Program-made: the position numbers and the translations under genes
Shown here: positions 53,263 through 63,836 of the stretch, piece by piece
Layout: every line of letters begins with the position of its first letter
Position numbering within the stretch: the first letter of the stretch is position 1
The notes under the pieces: model-generated
Told to the model about the DNA's origin: nothing
Databases searched by the model: none
Seen by the model: the letters and a program-made list of their open reading frames with translations, nothing else
Source of the DNA: Diplonema japonicum
Taxonomy: Eukaryota; Protista; Euglenozoa: Diplonemea
Length of the DNA stretch: 64,000 nucleotides
Direction of reading: 5' to 3'
Assembly: GCA_964019335.1 (NCBI GenBank)
Contig: OZ025648.1
Span: 248,001 to 312,000, forward strand

Positions 53263-55923
53263 TCAATATTGCTCGATCCAGTCCCCGTTACTCGAAGTCT
53301 GGGGGGGCGTGTTGATGTTGGCTACCCTGAGAAACTCCTTAAGCCACATCTTAGCCACGGGACGCACACCGAACCTTTCAGCCTGCATTTTTATTTGTGA
53401 GAAAAAAAGAAAATTTAATACCTGACTTTGTGCCTTCGTAGCCACACGCAAGACGCTGTCACTGTGGTTGGTGTAAACAGTTTTGAGAAGCTCCACAAGA
53501 TGGACCTGCGACGGTTCAGCCCAGAGCTTATCGGGAGACCACCCATAGTACGAGTCTTTAGGTAGCTCTGCTAATGTGCACTTCAGGAGATAACTGTTCG
53601 TGGAGTCTAAAAAGTCCATCTGCCCGGACCACGATGTCGCAATGGTGGGAAGGCCTGTCGATAAAGCCTGCAGAATAGGGAGCCCCCAACCCTCTCCACG
53701 TGTAGGTAGCACAAAGGCATCCGCTGATGAGAACATCCCCGGTATGAGATGGGTCTGCACCTCTGCGTGCATTACGCAAATATGCGGCAACTTATACCGT
53801 CTCTCCTCCGCCACTCCCTCGATCACCCGTTCGACGTCTGCGACGATGCGGTCTCTATAGGCCCCTGGGTCCTTGTGTGGTATCGTTGCTATGTACAGCG
53901 CTGTTTCGTCTTCGGCTGTGAAGGCTTCCAGGAAGGCTTTGATTAGTACATCCCACCCTTTTCGTTCCTCCCATTTGAACATGCTGAGAAATTTGAAGGG
54001 TTCTTTTGGTTCTTTGCTTCCGAAGCGTAGGATGTCTGTCTCGGTGACACCCTTCGGCGGCAACGCGTTGCAGTTCTTCCTCTTCGCGTGGTACAGCGAG
54101 GTGTCCACCGCCTCGGGCAGCGTTCTGACGGGCACCGTCACGTCGTTCTGCAGCATCACATCGCGTGTGAAGGCAGATGGGACCCACACCTCGTGGCTCT
54201 GGTTGTTCAGGTAAGCGGCGTGGTTCTCAGGGAGGATTGTGAACTCGTACATTGCTCTGCTCACAAGCGTCATGTTGGTCGTGTTGAGCAGCCCTGCCTT
54301 GATCCGCATGTATGAATACTCATGAGGCACCCCATGCTGTACCACCACCACACCAGGGCCTTTCGCCGCTCTTGCGTACACTTCGTTGCTTTCAATTCTG
54401 ATAGACTTCAACAAACGAATTGACGACTGCGGCAGCGAACTGCACAGACATCCTTGCATGGAGGTGCCCAGGCGCACGTCGACCCCAAGCCCACGCAAGC
54501 CTTTCAGCAATGTCAATGCTTCGTGGAAAAACCCGCAGCACCCGCAGCACGGCAGTAGCCACACAACCATAAGGGAGCTGGGCACCTTGTAAACATTGAC
54601 GTGCGACTCCCCGTGGTACAGACCCAGTATGGCGTTGGGCAATATGTCGCCGTGAGTCTTGTTGACAAGCACATGTTGCGGTGTGTTCGTCGCCCCTATC
54701 TCGGGCCAGTCGAAGGCAGCTGACGCACGGCCTGCCACCGCGACCCGTGGCATCATCCTCGACAGGCCCAGCCCTACGCGTGTCCAGTCTTTCAGCTGCA
54801 CATACGAGTTGCTCGTCACAGTGGCCGTGTCGGACACTATCCCGTCACCGTACACTTCCAGCAGCCTTGCAGCCTCCTCACACTCGCCCTTCTTCACTGC
54901 ACGCACAACGTTCACAAAATTCGACTTTCCCACCTTGCTGTGCTCGATGATCCTGCGCATCCACCCCCACTCGGGTGGGTCCTTCGGATCTGCCACCCCT
55001 ACAACGCTCTGTATGGCCACCCCAAGGTGGCGGATCGCCGTCTCCAGTCTTTTTGACACAATTCTTATGTCGAGGCCCTTCTCGCGTTGTTTTTCGAGAG
55101 CCGCTCTGGCTGACAGGATCTCGTTCCTGTGGCCCTTCATCTTCGCGATGAACTTCACGACTTCTGTGTAGTACGCGTGCGACAGGACCTCGATGGTGGG
55201 TGTCAAGCTGTGGAGGATGCGGAGCTTCTGCGATGCTCTACAAGGAGCACCGCTGTATGAGCAAACACCCGTCCGGGAGAGGAGAGGGGTGTTGTCAAGA
55301 GCGAGACAGTCGGCGGAGAGCAAAGACACTGGAACAGGGGTATCGGAGGTGACATCAGAATGGTAAGTGTCCTCACCGAGGAGACGGGGTGTTAGCCACG
55401 AGGAAGCGTTAGTAGAAAGGAGTTCGTAGCCAGAGGAGAGGATAGTGGAGGGTGCGAGTATTGTACAGCCTGCAGCATGGGCGCCGTTCCTAAGGGCATG
55501 CACCAAAGCCTCTAGCAGTACCGCAACCCTCCTCTCTCCAGGGCGTGGGTATGTGGGCTCATCTAAGCTGAGCGGGACCAGCCCGCTGTTCAGAAGTACT
55601 ATCACATCGCAAGCGTCAAGCGGTCCGCCTACCTCCGACTCTTCTACAGTATACACCACGCCCCCCACAGTGATGTTTGCAGGGGTGTCGTCCCACTTCT
55701 TCGCTCCCCATATCTCTTCGCTGTGCACTAGCAAGCACAGTTTTCTATGCAAGTCGGAATCCTTTTCATTCCACGTGGCTGCCGCTTCTTTCCCCTCCTC
55801 CGCAGTGTCTTCTTCACGGCCAGCTGTCCTCTGCTTCAGGATCTGCAGATACGACAAGTACAGACTCCCCACCCACCACACCAGCAGCACGGTGACTATC
55901 TTACTACGGTCGAGCAACGACAT
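53263..55923 (-). CDS. Type II membrane glycosyltransferase with C-terminal GT4 (GT-B) domain
   Basis: N-terminal TM; EVWVPSAF, FLSMFKWEERKGWDVL, DAFVLPTRGEGWGLP; in-frame intron 53383..53421. Confidence 0.85.
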   Translation of the reverse strand: MSLLDRSKIVTVLLVWWVGSLYLSYLQILKQRTAGREEDTAEEGKEAAATWNEKDSDLHRKLCLLVHSEEIWGAKKWDDTPANITVGGVVYTVEESEVGGPLDACDVIVLLNSGLVPLSLDEPTYPRPGERRVAVLLEALVHALRNGAHAAGCTILAPSTILSSGYELLSTNASSWLTPRLLGEDTYHSDVTSDTPVPVSLLSADCLALDNTPLLSRTGVCSYSGAPCRASQKLRILHSLTPTIEVLSHAYYTEVVKFIAKMKGHRNEILSARAALEKQREKGLDIRIVSKRLETAIRHLGVAIQSVVGVADPKDPPEWGWMRRIIEHSKVGKSNFVNVVRAVKKGECEEAARLLEVYGDGIVSDTATVTSNSYVQLKDWTRVGLGLSRMMPRVAVAGRASAAFDWPEIGATNTPQHVLVNKTHGDILPNAILGLYHGESHVNVYKVPSSLMVVWLLPCCGCCGFFHEALTLLKGLRGLGVDVRLGTSMQGCLCSSLPQSSIRLLKSIRIESNEVYARAAKGPGVVVVQHGVPHEYSYMRIKAGLLNTTNMTLVSRAMYEFTILPENHAAYLNNQSHEVWVPSAFTRDVMLQNDVTVPVRTLPEAVDTSLYHAKRKNCNALPPKGVTETDILRFGSKEPKEPFKFLSMFKWEERKGWDVLIKAFLEAFTAEDETALYIATIPHKDPGAYRDRIVADVERVIEGVAEERRYKLPHICVMHAEVQTHLIPGMFSSADAFVLPTRGEGWGLPILQALSTGLPTIATSWSGQMDFLDSTNSYLLKCTLAELPKDSYYGWSPDKLWAEPSQVHLVELLKTVYTNHSDSVLRVATKAQSQVLNFLFFSQIKMQAERFGVRPVAKMWLKEFLRVANINTPPQTSSNGDWIEQY

Positions 55924-56082
55924 GCATCAAAAGGACACCTTTGTGGTAAGAATGAAACAAGGGATGGGTGGCGTTGTAAATACTCTTTTATTTCTTTTCC
56001 ATGTTAATTAGAACAAAAAAAAAAAACCTCGTTTTTTCATTTTCTTTTTTGAAAAAAGAAGTGCGTGGTTGTGGTTGCGCGC

Positions 56083-57368
56083 TCACAAACCGGGCATCGT
56101 GGTCTGGTTCTTGCTGTGCTCCAGGAAGATCTCCATCGCTGTCTTGTCGTGCGACCCGAGACAGGCGGTGTTCTTGCAGGAACCATAAGCACAGTTCCCC
56201 ACCTTCATGAGGAGCTTGTAAGCAGTGATGTTTCGATGGTAAACAACCTGTACCGCGTTAAAAAAAAAAAAAAAAAAAAAAAATAACAAACCTGGTAGTA
56301 TAACCGCACCCGCCAGGCAGCAAGCATGTTCGGTTTGACCATATCACGCTTGACATGCATAGTGACCTGTCGGCCTGTCAGCATGCGATTTCGGAGAAAG
56401 CTAGCACCACAATGCGACATGGTGTATTCCATTATGGGTTTGAGTCCGATACCGGGAGTGCACTTCTGCAGTGTGACGTCACTGGCATGGAAGGACTTGA
56501 CCATGTAAGGTGTGATGCATGCGCTGTCGATCTTTCGCAACAATGTTTCGGAAGCTGCTCTGTCGAAGAGATGCCCTGCTCCACCCCAGCCACGCTCTCC
56601 TAAGTACCGGCCTTTTAAAGGACCCCTTACGCGGTCGAGCTCCTTGAGCTTTGCAACCAGCCCGTCAAGGTTCACAAAGGTATCGTCGTCGAGAAGGAGG
56701 AACCACCTCTTGTTGGTGTTGTGCTCCCGATCGGCTTTGATGATGTACTGTAGGCCGTATAAGAACCTGAACTGTGCCTTGATCCATGGGAGGGTGTAGC
56801 CTTTTGCCTCGATTTGTTCCTTGCTAAAAGTCACGCCTTCAGGGAGCTTGTCTTCAACCCACTGGCCTCGTCGGTCACCTGCCAACCCCACATTATCTGT
56901 AAAAAAGTACAAAGATGTGACCGGCACGTGGTACATCCAAGTGCACAGCCCGAGGTCGGCTCGGAAAAACCCGTCCCCACTGCCTGTGGTGACAGCCATG
57001 CTGACGTATTTTTCTACATATGACAGTGTGGTGTTTGGGACGCAGGAAGCATGGTTGCCTGAGTTGTGTAGCCATGGTAGCTTGCAGAACCGGGTGTCGC
57101 CGTTGTCCATCAGGGACTGTCCTTTGGGTACTGTGCACCCTTCCGCGAAGGGTTGATTTTCTATGGAAACCATTGGAAAGTCTTCCATAGATGTCATGGA
57201 GCTTTCTTGTTGGTCGGGTGTCTGTTCTTTTCCGTCCCATTTTGGTGGTGTTGGAGTCGGTATTTTTCGCTGTTGATCCGTTGTGATGGTGTAGTGCACC
57301 CCCCTGATCACCGCCGCAATCGATAGGAGGAGCACACCTGCGGATAGTTGCCGGAGCCAATTGGACAT
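56083..57368 (-). CDS. Fringe-like GT31 glycosyltransferase (2 exons)
   Basis: N-terminal signal anchor, YFFTD, WFLLLDDDTFVN, GGAGHLF, SDVTLQKC; intron 56248..56291 joins ORF 56083..56289. Confidence 0.82.
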
Positions 57369-57494
57369 TTTTTTTTTCCCTTCTTCTTCTTCTTATATTT
57401 TATGTTTTTTCATGCCCCCTTCTTCCTTTAGTTTTTTTTTTTTGTATTTTTTTTTATTTCACTCTTCAGAAATTACTTCACGCACTGGGGGGCC

Positions 57495-57546
57495 CATTAC
57501 TTCACGCTAAATCTCATTACTTCACGCTAAATCTCATTACTTCACG
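57495..57546. repeat. 20-bp tandem repeat CATTACTTCACGCTAAATCT x2.6
   Basis: Direct inspection; the core ATTACTTCAC also occurs at 57472 and inverted at 57569 and 58043. Confidence 0.9.
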
Positions 57547-57610
57547 GTGAAATAATGGCCTGTTTTCCGTGAAGTAATAGGGGGTTTCCGTTAAATAATA
57601 TGCCTCGGTA

Positions 57611-57779
57611 GGCCAATTTTTGCCTCGGTTCGGTTCCCAGTGGGGCTACTTTTTCCTCTCAGTTTGCTATTTCCCCCCAGGTTCAGCTCAATTGGCCAAC
57701 TTTTGCCTCGGCTCAGTTCCAAGTTGGACTACTTTTTCCTCCCAATTTGCCCACTTTTGGCTAGGCCTTGTTCCCAGTT
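57611..57779. repeat. Degenerate direct repeat GGCCAA(T/C)TTTTGCCTCGG...CTACTTTTTCCTC (two copies 83 bp apart plus a partial third)
   Basis: Copies start at 57611, 57694 and ~57750. Confidence 0.8.
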
Positions 57780-58089
57780 TCTGTGGGTAACTCTTCTGTG
57801 GGTAAGGGTAACTTAGTCAGCTTACCCAAGCACCCCAAAAGACTTCAAAATACCGAAGCAGCAGAAAAAAAGGAGCCAGCGGCCGCGCTAGGTATGGGAA
57901 GGCCTGATTAGAGATGGTGACAGTGGCAATGCCAGCGACAGCGGCAGCTCTTAGTCAACAAAAGGAAGAAAAACAACTTGTATTGTAACCTTTGTAACCC
58001 CTCTCTTGTTGTACCCCTTGTCACCCTGTTGTGCCCCTCGTGGTGAAGTAATTTCAGAGTGTCGTGAAATAAAACCACTTACCTACCGC

Positions 58090-58197
58090 CAAGTAATGCT
58101 TTACCGACCTCTCGGTTCCGCATTTTACCATCTCGGGCCCTGCGGGCCCTCGACGGTAAAATGCGGAACCTCGAGGTAACGGCAAAGTCATTACTTG
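58090..58197. repeat. Long imperfect inverted repeat (hairpin)
   Basis: Perfect 16-bp arms 58114-58129/58155-58170, apex GGGCCC-TGC-GGGCCC, outer arms CAAGTAATG/CATTACTTG. Confidence 0.92.
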
Positions 58198-58326
58198 TTG
58201 GCAGTAAATAGCTATTTTTTCACTTCTTATTTCTCTTCACCCGAATGAAGGTAGAATAACAATGTTAAAAAAAAAAAAGAAAAAAAAGAAGAAGAAAAAA
58301 AAAACGAGAAGACCTGGGGGAGGAGT

Positions 58327-58360
<34 letters not shown>

Positions 58361-59087
58361 GTCCCAAGTTAAATCTGGGAGGTTTTTTTTTTCTTTTTTC
58401 TTCTTCTTACCCACTTTTTTTTCTCATCCTTTTCTCCCCTCAGTGCGCAAAAAAAAAAAAAAAAAAAAAGAAGAAAAAGGGTCACTTGCATCTCTCCCCC
58501 AAAGTAAGCGTTTTTTTTTTTTGAAAAAAAACTGGACTCAAGGCTTGCATTTCTATGCTCACCTAGTCGTGTGGCAAAACCCCCCCCCCAAAAAAAGCCT
58601 TTTTTCGACATCAATGTCTCGCCGACCTGAATCTCTGTCGTCTTGGAAAGAAAGGGAGAACAACGGGAAAATAATATGGTAAGACTTTTTTTTTTTTTTT
58701 TTTTTTTCGCTCGAGCAAAAAGGAGGGAAAAACCCTGCAGAAAAAAAAATCCTTTACTCGGCACAAAGAGTACAGGTTTTATCAAAATCATTTTCAACCA
58801 TATTGCTTTTTTTGAGAAGAAAAATGAAAAAAAAATCGATGTCACATGCAAACAAACTCCGCGCGAGACCCCACAGTCTCCGCATTAGCACTGGAAAAAG
58901 AAAAAGAAAAAAAAAAGGGAGGGAGGAAACAAAGAAAGATACAGCACTCTTTCAACGGCGCTGGAAGGTTTCGCTCCCCCCCCCTATTTTTCTCCCCTTC
59001 TCTGGAGCAGGGGGGGGGGTTATTTTTTGAATTTTGAAGAATGGTAAAAGGGGACGTTAAGCAAAAGGGGTAAAAGAACGAACAGGG

Positions 59088-59133
<46 letters not shown>

Positions 59134-59281
59134 AGTACAAACAGCCGCCTATGCCTACTAATTTACCCTCTCCAACGGTGATGCCAGCACCTCCACATTG
59201 TTAAGCGTAAATAACAGGGTATCGCGTGGTGTTGTGTAATTCCCCCCATTTCTTTTTTTTTTTTTTTTAAATTTTTTAAAC

Positions 59282-60392
59282 CTACAACTTCGCCTTCTTT
59301 GTCGCGAATTCGAAAGTTTCCGACTCCGAACGAAGAGGACGGGCCTATAAAAAAAAGATTTTTTTTTTCCCCCCAATTTTTCCATACCTGAAGTGTGGCC
59401 AGCGCTTCGACGACAGGCTTACCCTTGTGAATAACCTTGTACACCTCTCTGCAGATGGGCATGTCAACGTCCAGCTTCTCCGCCAGCTTGAAAACAGAAG
59501 CACTTGTGTTGATCCCCTCAGCAACCGATTTGTTTCCGGAAAGCACCTGCTGAATAGTCTCCCCCTTCGCAAGCCTGTACCCTACTGTGTAGTTGCGCGA
59601 CATCGTCGACGAACAGGTGAGGACGAGATCCCCCACACCGGCAAGGCCCATGAGGGTGCTGGCGTTACCACCCTTTTTGACGATGAGCCTGGTCATCTCG
59701 GCAAGGCCACGGGAGATAAGAGCAGCACGGCCGTTTGATCCAAACGCGAATCCATCAGTAGCACCTGCTGCAATTGCAATAACGTTCTTCAAAGCCCCGC
59801 AGAGCTCAGCTCCGATAACATCGTTACCCGTGTACACCCTGAACGATTTATCGCTGAGGATGGATTGCGCGATAGCTGCAGTGCTTTCTTCCTCAGCGGC
59901 GAGGGTTACATTGGTGGGGTTGCCAGCAGCGACTTCTTTTGCAAAGGATGGGCCAGACAGTGCACCGAGGTGCTTGTGATACTTTCCTGGCATTTCTTCC
60001 ATTAGAATTTCATAAGGAGTGTCGAGCGTTTTCATTTCAATCCCCTTGGAGCAACAGATTAGAGGGACACCGACGGGGAGGAAGGCGTGATTGTTTTGGA
60101 GCCATTTTCTTATGAACGGTGTGGGGATGACTAATAGGACGATTTCGGTGTTTTTGATGCTGTCACGAACTGAGCCTGTTGCGAGGATGTTGTCTGACAG
60201 CTTCACCCCAGGGAGGAAGGTTTTGTTTTCGCGGTGGTCGTTGATGTTGTGCCTTGTATCGTCCTCAAGGACCCACATGTTTACCTTCGTCCCTTTGCTT
60301 GCAAGATGCTGGGCCAACGCTGTTCCAAATGCACCCCCTCCCAACACCGTGGCATTCGACGCCACCTTTGCTTGTCTTGTGATACTGGTCAT
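59282..60392 (-). CDS. NAD(P)H-dependent glycerol-3-phosphate dehydrogenase with C-terminal PTS1 (-AKL)
   Basis: LGGGAFGTALA, SKGIE, LSGPSFAKEV, GALKNVIAIAAG, GVGDLVLTCSSTMSRN; intron 59345..59387 gives last exon ARPLRSESETFEFATKKAKL*. Confidence 0.92.
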
Positions 60393-61719
60393 TTTTTTTT
60401 TTTTTTTTTTGCCCTTTGTTTTTTTTTTTTTTTTTTCCCTCCGAAGGACGTTTATTTTCTTGATAAAAGAAAAAAAAAATGGGGAGAGAGAGAGAAAGAG
60501 TAAAAAAAAAAAAAAAAAGAGCAACGAGGTACTTGTTTTTTTTTTTTTTTTTTCTTTCCCCCTCTGTTGTTGCTCTTTTTAAACTTTTTTTTTAAATTTT
60601 TTTTTCCTTTCTCTTGCGTTAAAGAAAAAAAGGAAAAGAAAAAGAAAAAGAAAAGAAAACTGTGCTGTCGGTCTTCAGCTGCATGGTTTTAACAAAAAAA
60701 AGTACCCCCCTATAACGTTAACGGGGTTTTTATTCCCCTTCTTTTTTTAATTCTCTTTTTTTATTTTTTTTAGGGGGGTGGTTAAAATAAAAATTATTCT
60801 AAAAAAGAAAAATGGGGGAGGGAGAGAGAGGGAAAACCGGCAAGGAAAAAAGCTTATTTCAAGGGAAAAAAAAGGGGGGGGGTGGTGGGGGAGGTAGAGG
60901 TGAATAGACTAAAAATTGAACATTACCTATCCCCCCCCCCCACCTCCTCTTTTTCCCTCCTGAACGAGGAACGAGGGAAAAAAAGGAATTACAAAAAAAA
61001 AAAGGTGAAATAAGTGGAGCATTTTGACAAGGTAAAACTTTTTTTTAAAAAAAATAAACATTCTAGGGGGAAGGGGAAGAAAAAGAAGTAGGGGAGAAAA
61101 TTTTGAAAATAAATGACACAAAAAACTTTTTTTTATATGTCATCAATCTCCCATCCCCATCATCCCATCATCAAAAAACTTTTAAAAACTTTAATAAAAC
61201 GAGTAAAGGGGAAGGGGGGGGGGGGGGGATACAGTGTGTTTGTGAGTCTGTGAGTAAGTAAATATTGCTGCGGGAAAAAAAGAGGGCTTAGGTTCTATTT
61301 TTTTTTTTTTTCCTTTAAAGGTGTGCAACCGATAAAGTTTAGTATGGCAGCGAACATAGTGGGCGATAAACTGGGAGAGACGTTTGCTGTTTAACGAAAA
61401 TAGCCTTAGAAATATTTTTAAAAAAAAAAAGGAATTTTGGCCTGGAATGTTTAAAACCTGTAAACGCTTCCTTTTGTCTAGACAAGTCAAAAACTCGTTC
61501 TTTGAAGAAAAAAAAATGTTTGTAAAGTCAGTATGGTAGAGTTGGTGTAGACAACGAACCCCCACAAAAAAGGGAAAAAAAAAAATCTAATGTGGAAAAA
61601 AAAAAAAAAAAAAAATGTATGTGAAGAAAAAAAAGAAGAAAAAAAACATTTACAAGCAGAGAGAACGGGAATAATAATAATAATAAAAAGAAAAAGAATT
61701 CTAAAAAAAAAAAAGTTTA

Positions 61720-62955
61720 TCACTGCTGCCTCCCGCGGTGTCCGGGCCTCTGTTCATTTGCAAGGGAGATGTCTTCAAAGCATAACGGGTCCTTAGAGAC
61801 AGGGGCCTGCTGGTTGCAGCAAACCTTCCCATACACACCAGAATCGATAACAGCAGGTGTGATGATGCCATTCCCGAAAGTAACTGAAGCTGCATTCTTA
61901 ACAGCTGCCATGGCAGCACCCACTACATGCGCTGGGGGTGTGCTGGAAGAGTACGACGGCTTAGCCTGAAGCCTCATCTCGAGTGTATGAATAGACCTCA
62001 ATAGGGCCAGGCCCTTTGACGACCACCCCATGTGCCCAGGCATCATCTCGTTATACATATTCAAGTTAACAGGAGGGTTCAGCACCCCACACACATGAAC
62101 CAGCACATCAATGTCCTCAGCGGTAACCATAGTTTCTGTTTGTTCATGCTTCTGTTTGAGCCCCACCACAGCACGGCCTGCCATGACTGCGGATGTGAAC
62201 TTTGCGTAGCCGTAGATTTTACCCGATGCCTGCGAAGGTGCGATCCATATCGCCTGCAGCCCAAGAGGGTCGGGCTTCCCGTCCTCGCTCACAGAGAAGT
62301 TCTCGAAGATCTGCACCAAGTGGTGGCAAACACAATGCGCTGCCGTAATCTGCCCTTGGAAGTACACCCTGCTCCCAAACGGGTAGTTGTTGTGAAGAAG
62401 CGGCTCGCTAGTCGGCGACCTGTCTGCGTAGTTCTCCCTGAAGTATCTGGGAAGCTCAGGCCCGTAGCGTGACTGCAGCAAGGCATTGTTAGACCACAGC
62501 TTGTTGCGCCACGAGATGCGAAGGTTTGAACCACGTGGTGCGGCGTACTGCAGCATTGTGGTATGGTCCAGGCAGTTCTCCGATTCACGGGGGAGTTCCG
62601 CAGCAACAGGTACAAAAAGCTGGCGATTAAGGTATGCCTGTTGTTGCTGCTGATGTTGCTGCTGGATGTAAGCGTTGACCTGGTGTTGGAATAGTGCCTG
62701 CGGGGCAATCTCGCACAGTTCCTGCTGATCCTCGTCTTCCTCGTCGTCGATGCCGTCCATGAGGGGCGGCAGGAAGCCCTCGGGCGTCCTTTCGCTACCA
62801 CCGGTCCACACTGCCGTGCACTTCTTTGTGCTGCTCCTAGGGGGCGTGAAGACCTCGCAGGCCCTCCTTACAAGGTCCATGTCCACATACCCGTGGTACC
62901 CGTCGTTGAACTTGCACGGCGTGAGAGGAAGCGTCACCTGGGGAAGCAGTGCCAT
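61720..62955 (-). CDS. Hypothetical protein with divergent RRM-like domain and polyQ
   Basis: RVYFQGQI (RNP2-like) and KIYGYAKFTS..AGRAV (RNP1-like). Confidence 0.55.
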   Translation of the reverse strand: MALLPQVTLPLTPCKFNDGYHGYVDMDLVRRACEVFTPPRSSTKKCTAVWTGGSERTPEGFLPPLMDGIDDEEDEDQQELCEIAPQALFQHQVNAYIQQQHQQQQQAYLNRQLFVPVAAELPRESENCLDHTTMLQYAAPRGSNLRISWRNKLWSNNALLQSRYGPELPRYFRENYADRSPTSEPLLHNNYPFGSRVYFQGQITAAHCVCHHLVQIFENFSVSEDGKPDPLGLQAIWIAPSQASGKIYGYAKFTSAVMAGRAVVGLKQKHEQTETMVTAEDIDVLVHVCGVLNPPVNLNMYNEMMPGHMGWSSKGLALLRSIHTLEMRLQAKPSYSSSTPPAHVVGAAMAAVKNAASVTFGNGIITPAVIDSGVYGKVCCNQQAPVSKDPLCFEDISLANEQRPGHRGRQQ

Positions 62956-63094
62956 TTTTGCTTTTGTGGATTTCTTTTTTTTTTTTTTTTTGTTCTTCGC
63001 TCTCCTTTTTTTTTTTTTTTTTTTGCTCGGAACAGAAAAAAAAAGGAAATAAATCTTCGAAAAAAAAACCCCCCACCCGACCTGTTCACCCCGT

Positions 63095-63768
63095 TCACCT
63101 CAAGGAAGCTTGGAAAATCTGCAACACCAACGCAAAAAATAACCCGAAAAGTACGGGCGAGTACGTCCACAGCGGGCTTTCGTCCTTTTTTTTAAAAAAA
63201 GGAATATTTTTATATTTTTTTTTATTTAAAAAGTGCATACTGCGATAACTTTTGCGCCGACCCAGGATGTTTCTTGAACCCCGCACGTCAGATGCATAGC
63301 GAAGTGGGTAGGGGTGACGGTGAAAACATGTTTGGAAAGCTTGCTTTTCTTACACGAGGCAAGCCCGCCAACAGAAGTGAGTGCTTCTTGACCAGCAGAC
63401 GGTGCGAGAGAGTAGGAAAAGTGAAACACTGTGCCATGCCCTGTTGTGCCTGCGTCCTCATCTTCATCGAAGTCATCAGGGTCTTGTTCTACTGCCTCCG
63501 TTTCATCTAGGTAAAAAGACACCGTCTTGTGCATGGTTAAAATTTCTAAGGTGTCACCCTCCTCGTTGCCTGTTACCTTCCCCCATACTGCGTCCGCGCC
63601 ACGGGTAAAACTGATTTTATTGGTGTGCGTAGAGCTGGGCTGAAACATGGTGACGATCCAGTCACCAATCAACATCTCTCCCATATCGCTCCCAAGACCC
63701 TCTTCCGAATTTGTGGCATGACCGCTGGTAATTATTAGCAATGTAATAATCAGAGAACTACGATTCAT
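63095..63768 (-). CDS. Signal-peptide protein with C-terminal transmembrane anchor (2 exons)
   Basis: N-terminal signal peptide; intron 63185..63240 joins DESPLWTYSPVLFGLFFALVLQIFQASLR*. Confidence 0.7.
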
Positions 63769-63836
63769 GTTTTTTTTTCTCCCCCCTTTTATGGTGTGCG
63801 GCGTTCAAGGGAATTAAAAAAATTTTTTTTATTTAA

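Larger units (their letters stand above)
57452..58262. mobile_element. Non-coding repeat-rich element, probably a non-autonomous DNA transposon (Crypton-like architecture is an inference)
   Basis: Mixed-composition island between homopolymer tracts; motif TATTTCAC...AAATTACTTCAC at the left end recurs inverted at ~58043-58073 and degenerately at ~58213-58241; internal tandem repeats and a long subterminal hairpin; no ORF. Confidence 0.6.

Noticed and set aside
57495-57546. CRISPR-like array
   Set aside because: Head-to-tail 20-bp units without unique spacers, eukaryotic context, no cas genes.
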